Part shown: positions 18,373 through 18,455 of the stretch, one piece after another
Position numbering within the stretch: the first letter of the stretch is position 1
Layout: every line of letters starts with the position of its first letter
Assembly (NCBI RefSeq): GCF_006345805.1
Contig: NW_021824522.1
Coordinates: forward strand, 1 to 18,455
Direction of reading: 5' to 3'
DNA length: 18,455 bases
Source of the DNA: Octopus sinensis
Lineage: Eukaryota
The notes under the pieces: generated by a model
The model's database searches: none
What the model was told of the DNA's origin: nothing
The model's input: the letters and a program-made list of their open reading frames with translations, nothing else
Translations under genes and position numbers: made by a program

Positions 18373-18455
18373 AGTTTACGGAAAAAACAAAAGATGAATA
18401 CGGGTAGTGTACAAAACAAACAGATGTATTAGTATAATGCTGAGGAATAGAAAAG

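Noticed and set aside
1-18455. CRISPR arrays, operons or other prokaryotic systems
   Set aside because: There is no repeat-spacer periodicity and no gene-dense organisation. The sequence is eukaryotic repeat-rich DNA.

Overview
This is AT-rich eukaryotic non-coding DNA, most likely from an octopus or related cephalopod. That assignment is an inference from the style of the tRNA-derived SINEs and the very dense TA/CA/triplet microsatellites. I found no intact protein-coding gene. Nearly all ORFs in the track are translated microsatellites or chance frames. The window is a layered set of transposable-element remnants: the 3' end of an R4/Dong-like RLE retrotransposon running into (AAT)19, a mariner 3' end with an internally inverted segment, a Penelope-like GIY-YIG fragment, a 5'-truncated CR1-type LINE, several MITE-like elements and about 17 segments of three SINE families (called A, B and C here), some nested, tandem or inverted. 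One GC-rich 114-nt segment on the minus strand (8547-8660) has good splice signals and may be a host exon, which would make much of the window intronic. The most unusual signals are a degenerate minimal hammerhead-like motif with a swapped G3-C8 core pair inside a fold-back element (5818-6133), a perfect 81-bp inverted duplication within a microsatellite, and a tail-to-tail inverted SINE pair. All alignments were done by eye, so identities are approximate and element boundaries are good to about 10 nt.
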